DNA of 64,000 bases, from positions 11,470,001 through 11,534,000 of the forward strand of contig NC_092680.1 of the NCBI RefSeq assembly GCF_964355755.1, given 5' to 3'. The DNA is from Antedon mediterranea. Its lineage: Eukaryota; Animalia; Echinodermata. The notes under the pieces were generated by a model. It was given only the letters and a program-made list of their open reading frames with translations, was not told where the DNA came from and did no database searches. The position numbers and the translations under genes were made by a program. This document shows positions 54,201 through 64,000 of this stretch, piece after piece. Numbering within the stretch: the first letter of the stretch is position 1; each line of letters opens with the position of its first letter.

Positions 54201-57200
54201 CTAAAACGTTTTTAAATACGATATTAAGCTATTTTGTGATCTTTGATGTTTTTGTGTGAAAAGTTTTATCGAAATGCTCAAAATGGTCTAAAACGTTTTT
54301 AAAACGATATTAAGCTATTTTGTGCTCTTTGATGTTTTTGTGTAACCAAGTTTCATCGAAAATCACAAAATGGTCTAAAACGTCGCCAAATGCGATTTGA
54401 AGCTTTTCTAAGCACTTTGGTGTTTTTATGTTAACAAGTTTTTTCGAAAATCACGAAATGGTCTAAAATATCTCCAAATGCGATTTGAAGATATTCTGAG
54501 CTCTTTGGTGTTTTTATGTTAAAAAAGTTTTTTCGAAAATCACAAAATGGTCTAAAACGTCTCCAAACGCGATTTGAAGCTCTTCTGTACACTTTGATGT
54601 TTTGTGTGAAAAAGTTTTGTCGAAATTCTCAAAATGGTCTAAAACGTTTTTAAATACGATATTAAGCTGTTTTGTGCACTTTGATGATTTGTGTGAAAAG
54701 TTTTAACGAAATGCTCAAAATGGTCAAAAACGGTTTCTAATGTGATTTTAAGCACTTTGATGTTTTTGTGTAACCAAGTTTTTTCAAAAATCACAAAATG
54801 GTCTAAAACGTCTCCAAATGCGATTTGAAGCTTTTCTAAGCACTTTGGTGTTTTTATGTTAACAAGTTTTTTCGAAAATCACAAAATGGTCTAAAACGTC
54901 TCCAAATGCGATTTGAAGATATTCTGAGCACTTTGGTGTTTTTATGTTAAAAAGTTTTTTTGAAAATCACAAAATAGTCTAAAACGTCTTCAAATGCGAT
55001 TTGAAGCTATTCTGTACACTTTGATGTTTTGTGTGAAAAAGTTTTGTCGAAATGCTCAAAATGGTCTAAAACGTTTTTAAAACGATATTAAGCTATTTTG
55101 TGCTCTTTGATGTTTTTGTGTAACCAAGTTTCATCGAAAATCACAAAATGGTCTAAAACGTCTCAAAATGCGATTTGAAGCTTTTCTAAGCACTTTGGTG
55201 TTTTTATGTTAACAAGTTTTTTCGAAAATCACGAAATGGTCTAAAATGTCTCCAAATGCGATTTGAAGATATTCTGAGCACTTTGGTGTTTTTATGTTAA
55301 AAAGTTTTTTCGAAAATCACAAAATGGTCTAAAACGTCTCCAAATGCGATTTGAAGCTCTTCTGTACACTTTGATGTTTTGTGTGAAAAAGTTTTGTCGA
55401 AATGCTCAAAATGGTCTAAAACGTTTTTAAATACGATATTAAGCTGTTTTGTGCACTTTGATGATTTGTGTGAAAAGTTTTAACGAAATGCTCAAAATGG
55501 TCTAAAACGGTTTCTAATGTGATTTTAAGCACTTTGATGTTTTTGTGTAACCAAGTTTTTTCGAAAATCACAAAATAGTCTAAAACGTCTCCAAATGCGA
55601 TTTGAAGCTTTTCTAAGCACTTTGGTGTTTTTATGTTAACAAGTTTTTTCGAAAATCACGAAATGGTCTAAAATGTCTCCAAATGCGATTTGAAGATATT
55701 CTGAGCACTTTGGTGTTTTTATGTTAAAAAGTTTTTTCGAAAATCACAAAATGGTCTAAAACGTCTCCAAATGCGATTTGAAGCTCTTCTGTACACTTTG
55801 ATGTTTTGTGTGAAAAAGTTTTGTCGAAATGCTCAAAATGGTCTAAAACGTTTTTAAATACGATATTAAGCTATTTTGTGATCTTTGATGTTTTTGTGTG
55901 AAAAGTTTTATCGAAATGCTCAAAATGGTCTAAAACGGTTTCTATTGTGATTTTAAGCACTTTGATGATTTTGTGTAACCAAGTTTCATCGAAATGTACA
56001 AAATGGTCTAAAACGTCTCCAAATGCGATTTGAAGCTATTCTAAGTACTTTTGTGTTTTTATGTTAACAAGTTTTTTCGAAAATCACAAAATGGTCTAAA
56101 ACGTCTTCAAATGCGATTTGAAGCTATTCTGTACACTTTGATGTTTTGTGTGAAAAAGTTTTGTCAAAATGCTCAAAATGGTCTAAAACGTTTTTAAAAC
56201 GATATTAAGCTATTTTGTGCTCTTTGATGTTTTTGTGTAACCAAGTTTCATCGAAAATCACAAAATGATCTAAAACGTCTCCAAATGCGATTTGAAGCTT
56301 TTCTAAGCACTTTGGTGTTTTTATGTTAACAAGTTTTTTCGAAAATCACAAAATGGTCTAAAACGTCTCCAAATGCGATTTGAAGCTCTTCTGTACACTT
56401 TGATGTTTTGTTTGAAAAAGTTTTGTCGAAATTCTCAAAATGGTCTAAAACGTTTTTAAATACGATATTAAGCTGTTTTGTGCACTTTGATGATTTGTGT
56501 GAAAAGTTTTAACGAAATGCTCAAAATGTTCTAAAACGGTTTCTAATGTGATTTTAAGCACTTTGATGTTTTTGTGTAACCAAGTTTTATCGAAAATCAC
56601 AAAATAGTCTAAAACGTCTCCAAATGCGATTTGAAGCTTTTCTAAGCACTTTGGTGTTTTTATGTTAACAAGTTTTTTCGAAAATCACAAAATGGTCTAA
56701 AACGTCTCCAAATGCGATTTGAAGCTATTCTAAGTACTTTTGTGTTTTTATGTTAACAAGTTTTTTCGAAAATCACAAAATGGTCTAAAACGTCTTCAAA
56801 TGCGATTTGAAGCTATTCTGTACACTTTGATGTTTTGTGTGAAAAAGTTTTGTCAAAATGCTCAAAATGGTCTAAAACGTTTTTAAAACGATATTAAGCT
56901 ATTTTGTGCTCTTTGATGTTTTTGTGTAACCAAGTTTCATCGAAAATCACAAAATGGTCTAAAACGTCTCCAAATGCGATTTGAAGCTTTTCTAAGCACT
57001 TTGGTGTTTTTATGTTAACAAGTTTTTTCGAAAATCACAAAATGGTCTAAATCGTCTCCAAATGCGATTTGAAGCTCTTCTGTACACTTTGATGTTTTGT
57101 TTGAAAAAGTTTTGTCGAAATTCTCAAAATGGTCTAAAACGTTTTTAAATACGATATTAAGCTGTTTTGTGCACTTTGATGATTTGTGTGAAAAGTTTTA

Positions 57201-58429
57201 ACGAAATGCTCAAAATGGTCTAAAACGGTTTCTAATGTGATTTTAAGCACTTTGATGTTTTTGTGTAACCAAGTTTTTTCGAAAATCACAAAATAGTCTA
57301 AAACGTCTCCAAATGCGATTTGAAGCTTTTCTAAGCACTTTGGTGTTTTTATGTTAACAAGTTTTTTCGAAAATCACAAAATGGTCGAAAACGTCTCAAA
57401 ATGCGATTTGAGGATATTCTGAGCACTTTGGTGTTTTTTTGTTAAAAAGTTTTTTCGAAAATCACAAAATGGTCTAAAACGTCTCCAAATGCGATTTGAA
57501 GCTATTCTGTACACTTTGATGTTTTGTGTGAAAAAGTTTTGTCGAAATGCTCAAAATGGTCTAAAACGTTTTTAAATACGATAATAAGCTATTTTGTGAT
57601 CTTTGATGTTTTTGTGTGAAAAGTTTTATCGAAATGCTCAAAATGGTCTAAAACGTTTTTAAAACGATATTAAGCTATTTTGTGCTCTTTGATGTTTTTG
57701 TGTAACCAAGTTTCATCGAAAATCACAAAATGGTCTAAAACGTCGCCAAATGCGATTTGAAGCTATTCTGTACACTTTGATGTTTTGTGTGAAAAAGTTT
57801 TGTCGAAATGCTTAAAATGGTCTAAAACGTTTTTAAAACGATATTAAGCTATTTTGTGCTCTTTGATGTTTTTGTGTAACCAAGTTTCATCGAAAATCAC
57901 AAAATGGTCTAAAACGTCTCCAAATGCGATTTGAAGCTTTTCTAAGCACTTTGGTGTTTTTATGTTAACAAGTTTTTTCGAAAATCACAAAATGGTCTAA
58001 AACGTCTCCAAATGCGATTTGAAGCTCTTCTGTACACTTTGATGTTTTGTTTGAAAAAGTTTTGTCGAAATTTTCAAAATGGTCTAAAACGTTTTTAAAT
58101 ACGATATTAAGCTGTTTTGTGCACTTTGATGATTTGTGTGAAAAGTTTTAACGAAATGCTCAAAATGGTCTAAAACGGTTTCTAATGTGATTTTAAGCAC
58201 TTTGATGTTTTTGTGTAACCAAGTTTTTTCGAAAATCACAAAATAGTCTAAAACGTCTCCAAATGCGATTTGAAGCTTTTCTAAGCACTTTGGTGTTTTT
58301 ATGTTAACAAGTTTTTTCGAAAATCACAAAATGGTCTAAAACGTCTCCAAATGCGATTTGAGGATATTCTGAGCACTTTGGTGTTTTTTTGTTAAAAAGT
58401 TTTTTCGAAAATCACAAAATGGTCTAAAA
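51277..58429 (+). repeat. Near-identical copy of window positions 1-7152 (offset 51,276/51,277), including ~1.4 copies of the 4,309-bp HOR
   Basis: ctttaaatgc 91/51367, caacattgtc 341/51617, cagtac 465/51741, GGTCGAAAAC 1797/53073, gcttaaaa 6533/57810 (+1 after an extra A near 54521). Confidence 0.93.
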
Positions 58430-61400
58430 CGTCTCCAAATGCGATTTGAAGCTATTCTGTACACGAAGTTTTGTGTGAAAAAGTTTTGTCGAAATGCTCA
58501 AAATGGTCTAAAACGTTTTTAAAACGATATTAAGCTATTTTGTGCACTTTAATGATTTGTGTGAAAAGTTTTACGAAATGCTCAAAATGGTCTAAAACGG
58601 TTTCTAATGTGATTTTAAGCACTTTGATGTTTTTGTGTAACCAAGTTTTTTCGAAAATCACAAAATGGTCTAAAACGTCTCCAAATGCGATTTCAAGCTT
58701 TTCTAAGCACTTTGGTGTTTTTATGTTAACAAGTTTTTTCGAAAATCACAAAATGGTCTAAAACGTCTCCAAATGCGATTTGAAGCTTTTCTAAGCACTT
58801 TGGTGTTTTTATGTTAACAAGTTTTTTCGAAAATCTTGAAATGGTCTAAAATGTCTCCAAATGCGATTTGAAGCTATTCTGTACACTTTGATGTTTTGTG
58901 TGAAAAAGTTTTGTCGAAATGCTCAAAATGGTCTAAAACGTTTTTAAAACGATATTAAGCTATTTTGTGCACTTTAATGATTTGTGTGAAAAGTTTTACG
59001 AAATGCTCAAAATGGTCTAAAACGGTTTCTAATGTGATTTTAAGCACTTTGATGTTTTTGTGTAACCAAGTTTTTTCGAAAATCACAAAATGGTCTAAAA
59101 CGTCTCCAAATGCGATTTCAAGCTTTTCTAAGCACTTTGGTGTTTTTATGTTAACAAGTTTTTTCGAAAATCACAAAATGGTCTAAAACGTCTCCAAATG
59201 CGATTTGAGGATATTCTGAGCACTTTGGTGTTTTTATGTTAAAAAGTTTTTTCGAAAATCACAAATTGGTCTAAAACGTCTCCAAATGCGATTTGAAGCT
59301 ATTCTGTACACTTTGATGTTTTGTGTGAAAAAGTTTTGTCAAAATGCTCAAAATGGTCTAAAACGTTTTTAAAACGATATTAAGCTATTTTGTGCTCTTT
59401 GATGTTTTTGTGTAACCAAGTTTCATCGAAATCAACAAAATGGTCTAATACGTCTCCAAATGCGATTTGAAGTTTTTCCAAGCACTTTGCTGTTTTTATG
59501 TTAACAAGTTTTTTCGAAAATCACAAAATGGTCTAAAACGTCTTCAAATGCGATTTGAAGCTATTCTGTACACTTTGATGTTTTGTGTGAAAAAGTTTTG
59601 TCGAAATGCTCAAAATGGTCTAAAACGTTTTTAAATACGATATAAAGCTATTTTGTGATCTTTGATGTTTTTGTGTGAAAAGTTTTATCGAAATGCTCAA
59701 AATGGTCTAAAACGGTTTCTAATGCGATTTGAAGCTATTCTGTACCCTTTGAAGTTTTTTGTGAAAAAGTTTTCTCGAAATGCTCAAAATGGTCTAAAAA
59801 GTTTTTATATACCATATTAAGCTATTTTGTGCACTTTGATGTTTTTTGTGAAAAGTTTTATCGAAATGCTCAAAATGGTCTAAAACGGTTTCTATTGGGA
59901 TTTTAAGCACTTTGATGATTTTGTGTAACCAAGTTTCATCGAAATGTACAAAATGGTCTAAAACGTCTCCAAATGCGATTTGAAGCTATTCTAAGTACTT
60001 TTGTGTTTTTATGTTAACAAGTTTTTTCGAAAATCACAAAATGGTCTAAAACGTCTTCAAATGCGATTTGAAGCTATTCTGTACACTTTTATGTTTTGTG
60101 TGAAAAAGTTTTGTCGAAATTCTCAAAATGGTCTAAAACGTTTTTAAATACGATATTAAGCTGTTTTGTGCACTTTGATGATTTGTGTGAAAAGTTTTAA
60201 CGAAATGCTCAAAATGGTCAAAAACGGTTTCTAATGTGATTTTAAGCACTTTGATGTTTTTGTGTAACCAAGTTTTTTCAAAAATCACAAAATGGTCTAA
60301 AACGTCTCCAAATGCGATTTGAAGCTTTTCTAAGCACTTTGGTGTTTTTATGTTAACAAGTTTTTTCGAAAATCACAAAATGGTCTAAAACGTCTCCAAA
60401 TGCGATTTGAAGATATTCTGAGCACTTTGGTGTTTTTATGTTAAAAAGTTTTTTCGAAAATCACAAAATAGTCTAAAACGTCTCCAAATGCGATTTGAAG
60501 CTATTCTGTACACTTTGATGTTTTGTGTGAAAAAGTTTTGTCGAAATGCTCAAAATGGTCTAAAACGTTTTTAAAACGATATTAAGCTATTTTGTGCTCT
60601 TTGATGTTTTTGTGTAACCAAGTTTCATCGAAAATCACAAAATGGTCTAAAACGTCTCAAAATGCGATTTGAAGCTTTTCTAAGCACTTTGGTGTTTTTA
60701 TGTTAACAAGTTTTTTCGAAAATCACGAAATGGTTTAAAATATCTCCAAATGCGATTTGAAGATATTCTGAGCACTTTGGTGTTTTTATGTTAAAAAGTT
60801 TTTTCGAAAATCACAAAATGGTCTAAAACGTCTCCAAATGCGATTTGAAGCTCTTCTGTACACTTTGATGTTTTGTGTGAAAAAGTTTTGTCGAAATGCT
60901 CAAAATGGTCTAAAACGTTTTCAAATACGATATTAAGCTGTTTTGTGCACTTTGATGATTTGTGTGAAAAGTTTTAACGAAATCCTCAAAATGGTCTAAA
61001 ACGGTTTCTAATGTGATTTTAAGCACTTTGATGTTTTTGTGTAACCAAGTTTTATCGAAAATCACAAAATAGTCTAAAACGTCTCCAAATGCGATTTGAA
61101 GCTTTTCTAAGCACTTTGGTGTTTTTATGTTAACAAGTTTTTTCGAAAATCACAAAATGGTCTAAAACGTCTCCAAATGCGATTTGAGGATATTCTGAGC
61201 ACTTTGGTGTTTTTTTGTTAAAAAGTTTTTTCGAAAATCACAAAATGGTCTAAAACGTCTCCAAATGCGATTTTCCAAATGCGATTTGAAGCTATTCTGT
61301 ACACTTTGATGTTTTGTGAGAAAAAGTTTTTGTCGAAATGCTCAAAATGGTCTAAAAACATTTTTAAATACGATATTAAGCTATTTTGTGATCTTTGATG

Positions 61401-64000
61401 TTTTTGTGTGAAAAGTTTTATCGAAATGCTCAAAATGGTCTAAAACGGTTTCTATTGTGATTTTAAGCACTTTGATGATTTTGTGTAACCAAGTTTCATC
61501 GAAATGTACAAAATGGTCTAAAACGTCTCCAAATGCGATTTGAAGCTATTCTAAGTACTTTTGTGTTTTTATGTTAACAAGTTTTTCGAAAATCACAAAA
61601 AGGTCTAAAACGTCTTCAAATGCGATTTGAAGTCTATCTGTACACTTTGATGTTTTGTGTGAAAAAGTTTTGTCAAAATGCTCAAAATGGTCTAAAACGT
61701 TTTTAAAACGATATTAAGCTATTTTGTGCTCTTTGATGTTTTTGTGTAACCAAGTTTCATCGAAAATCACAACATGGTCTAAAACGTCTCCAAATGCGAT
61801 TTGAAGCTTTCTAAGCACTTTGGTGTTTTTATGTTAACAAGTTTTTTCGAAAATCACAAAATGGTCCTAAAACGTCTCCAAATGCGATTTGAAGCTCTTC
61901 TGTACACTTTGATGTTTTGTTTTGAAAAAGTTTTGTCGAAATCTCAAAATGGTCTAAAACGTTTTTTAAATTCGATATTAAGCTGTTTTGTGCACTTTGA
62001 TGATTTGTGTGAAAAGTTTTAACGAAATGCTCAAAATGGTCAAAAACGGTTTCTAAATGTGATTTTAAGCACTTTGATGTTTTGTGTAACCAAGTTTTTT
62101 CGAAAATCACTAAATGGTCTAAAACGTCTCCAAATGCGATTTGAGGATATTCTGAGCACTTTGGTGTTTTATGTTAAAAAGTTTTTTCGAAAATCACAAA
62201 ATGGTCTAAAACGTCTCAAAATGCGATTTGAAGCTAATCTGTACACTTTGATGTTTTGTGTGAAAAAGTTTTGTCGAAATGCTCAAAATGGTCTAAAACG
62301 TTTTTAAAACGATATTAAGCTATTTTGTGCTCTTTGATGTTTTTGTGTAACCAAGTTCATCGAAATCAACAAAATGGTCTAATACGTCTCCAAATGCGAT
62401 TTGAAGCTTTTCAAGCACTTTGCTGTTTTTATGTTAACAAGTTTTTTCGAAAATCACAAATGGTCTAAAACGTCTTCAAATGCGATTTGAAGCTATTCTG
62501 TAGACTTTGATGTTTGTGTGAAAAAGTTTTGTCGAAATGCTCAAAAATGGTCTAAAACGTTTTTAAATACGATATTAAGCTATTTTGTGATCTTTGATGT
62601 TTTTGTGTGAAAAGTTTTATCAAAATGCTCAAAGTGGTCTGAAACGGTTTCTAATGCGATTTGAAGCTATTCTGTACACTTTGAAGTTTTGTGTGAAAAA
62701 GTTTTCTCGAAATGCTCAAAATGGTCTAAAACGTTTTTATATACCATATTAAGCTATTTTGTCACTTTGATGTTTTTTGTGAAAAGTTTTATCGAAATGC
62801 TCAAAATGTCTAAAACGGTTTCTATTGGGATTTTAAGCACTTTGATGATTTTGTGTAACCAAGTTTCATCGAAATGTACAAAATGGTCTAAACGTCTCCA
62901 AATGCGATTTGAAGCTATTCTAAGTACTTTGTGTTTTTTATGTTAACAAGTTTTTTCGAAAATCACAAAATGGTCTAAAACGTCTTTCAAATGCGATTTG
63001 AAGCTATTCTGTACACTTTTATGTTTTGTGTGAAAAAGTTTTGTCGAAATTCTCAAAATGGTCTAAAACGTTTTTAAATACATATTAAGCTGTTTTGTGC
63101 ACTTTGATGATTTGTGTGAAAAGTTTTACGAAATGCTCAAAATGGTCAAAACGGTTTCTAATGTGATTTTAAGCACTTTGATGTTTTTGTGTAACCAAGT
63201 TTTTTTCAAAAATCACAAAAATGGTCTAAAACGTCTCCAAATGCGATTTGAAGCTTTCTAAGCACTTTGGTGTTTTTATGTTAACAAGTTTTTTCGAAAA
63301 TTACAAAATGGTCTAAAACGTCTCCAAATGCGATTTGAAGATATTCTGAGCACTTTGTGTTTTTATGTTAAAAAGTTTTTTCGAAAATCACAAAATAGTC
63401 TAAAACGTCTCCAAATGCGATTTTGAAGCTATTCTGTACACTTTGATGTTTTGTGTGAAAAAGTTTGTCGAAATGCTCAAAATGGTCTAAAACGTTTTAA
63501 AACGATATTAAGCTATTTTGTGCTCTTTGATGTTTTTTTGTAACCAAGTTTCATCGAAAATCACAAAATGGTCTAAAACGTCTCAAAATGCGATTTGAAG
63601 CTTTTCTAAGCACTTTGGTGTTTTTATGTTAACAAGTTTTTCGAAAATCACGAAATGGTCTAAAATGTCTCCAAAGCGATTTGAAGATATTCTGAGCACT
63701 TTGGTGTTTTTATGTTAAAAAGTTTTTTCGAAAATCACAAAATGGTCTAAAACGTCTCCAAATGCGATTTGAAGCTCTTCTGTACACTTTGATGTTTGTG
63801 TGAAAAGTTTTGTCGAAATGCTCAAAATGGTCTAAAACGTTTTCAATACGATATTAAGCTGTTTTGTGCACTTTGATGATTTGTGTGAAAAGTTTTAACG
63901 AAATGCTCAAAATGGTCTAAAACGGTTTCTAATGTGATTTTAAGCACTTTGGTGTTTTTATGTTAACAAGTTTTTTCGAAAATCACAAAATGGTCTAAAA
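58422..64000 (+). repeat. Copy of 45442-51023 (offset 12,977-12,980), i.e. start of a second tandem copy of a ~13-kb unit
   Basis: ORFs at 45563/58540 and 45988/58965; shared private variants acaaattggt, tgtacccttt, ctaaaaagttttta, caaagtggtctga, aaattacaaa; chimeric monomer at 50937/63914. Confidence 0.93.
61260..64000. other. Indel-rich segment, probably low-coverage or low-accuracy consensus
   Basis: Relative to its paralog at 48.28-51.02 kb it carries many single-base gains and losses, mostly in homopolymers (gcttt vs gctttt, ggtcct, caagttcat, atgtttgtg, ccaaagcg). Such indels are rare elsewhere in the window. Confidence 0.8.

Larger units (their letters stand above)
1..64000 (+). repeat. 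Tandem satellite DNA array, ~87-bp monomer family (78/84/85/86/87/88-bp variants), ~740 monomers, all in one orientation
   Basis: The anchor (G/A/T)GTCTAAAAC recurs at 1, 79, 167, 254, 341, 429, 516, 602, 680, 768 ... 63992. All inter-anchor sequence is homologous (e.g. ggtctaaaacgtctccaaatgcgatttgaagctattctgtacactttgatgttttgtgtgaaaaagttttgtcgaaatgctcaaaat, 87 bp). No unique sequence or inverted block was seen. Monomer count is estimated as 64000/86.2. Confidence 0.99.

Noticed and set aside
61218-62946. Five 71-93-aa ORFs on both strands
   Set aside because: They are absent from the cleaner paralog at 48.2-50 kb and are created by probable sequencing indels.
1-64000. CRISPR-like array (constant CAAAATGGTCTAAAACG with variable intervening sequence)
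   Set aside because: The intervening sequences are mutually homologous and reused hundreds of times rather than unique spacers; there is no leader and no cas gene.
1-64000. Array of tRNA, 5S, spliced-leader or other structured ncRNA genes
   Set aside because: The monomer size is tRNA-like, but I found no cloverleaf, Pol III A/B boxes or recognisable RNA motif. Only short hairpins are present, and frequent T-runs would terminate Pol III. Transcription cannot be excluded without RNA data.
1-64000. Giant repetitive protein-coding gene (87 and 78 are multiples of 3)
   Set aside because: Interspersed 88-, 86- and 85-bp monomers break the frame, stops are frequent, and the longest ORF supplied is 93 aa.
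1-64000. Assignment to a known family (alpha-satellite/CENP-B box, Arabidopsis CEN178, legume ~92-bp centromeric repeats, telomeric repeats)
   Set aside because: No CENP-B box or telomere motif was seen. A short GTGAAAAGTT motif is reminiscent, from memory only, of soybean centromeric repeats, but 10 AT-rich bases cannot support homology without a search.
1-64000. Embedded transposon, inversion or unique island
   Set aside because: The anchor keeps the same orientation and spacing from start to end, and no non-satellite sequence was found.

Overview
The whole 64-kb window is one uninterrupted, head-to-tail, single-orientation, AT-rich satellite DNA array (roughly 30% GC; one hand-counted monomer was 34%). 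It has ~78-88-bp monomers, about 740 of them, each anchored by CAAAAT-GGTCTAAAAC. I see no credible gene, RNA gene, transposon or CRISPR array; the supplied ORFs are chance read-throughs of the repeat or products of indel errors near the right end. The monomers fall into about 8 classes that follow a strict adjacency grammar. They are nested into higher-order repeats (a 12-mer of 1,029 bp and a 50-mer of 4,309 bp), local 425/601/773/1,124-bp duplications, and large segmental copies at offsets of 12,977, 13,064, 28,388-30,712 and 51,276 bp, all traced by hand with rare diagnostic variants. The architecture is typical of a eukaryotic (peri)centromeric satellite with HORs, but I cannot name the family or organism. 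The right end, extended by ~253 bp, would run into the sequence at position 1 (possible circular or looped contig), and the last ~2.7 kb looks like low-accuracy consensus. I found no support for a new protein-based system; what is interesting here is repeat architecture.
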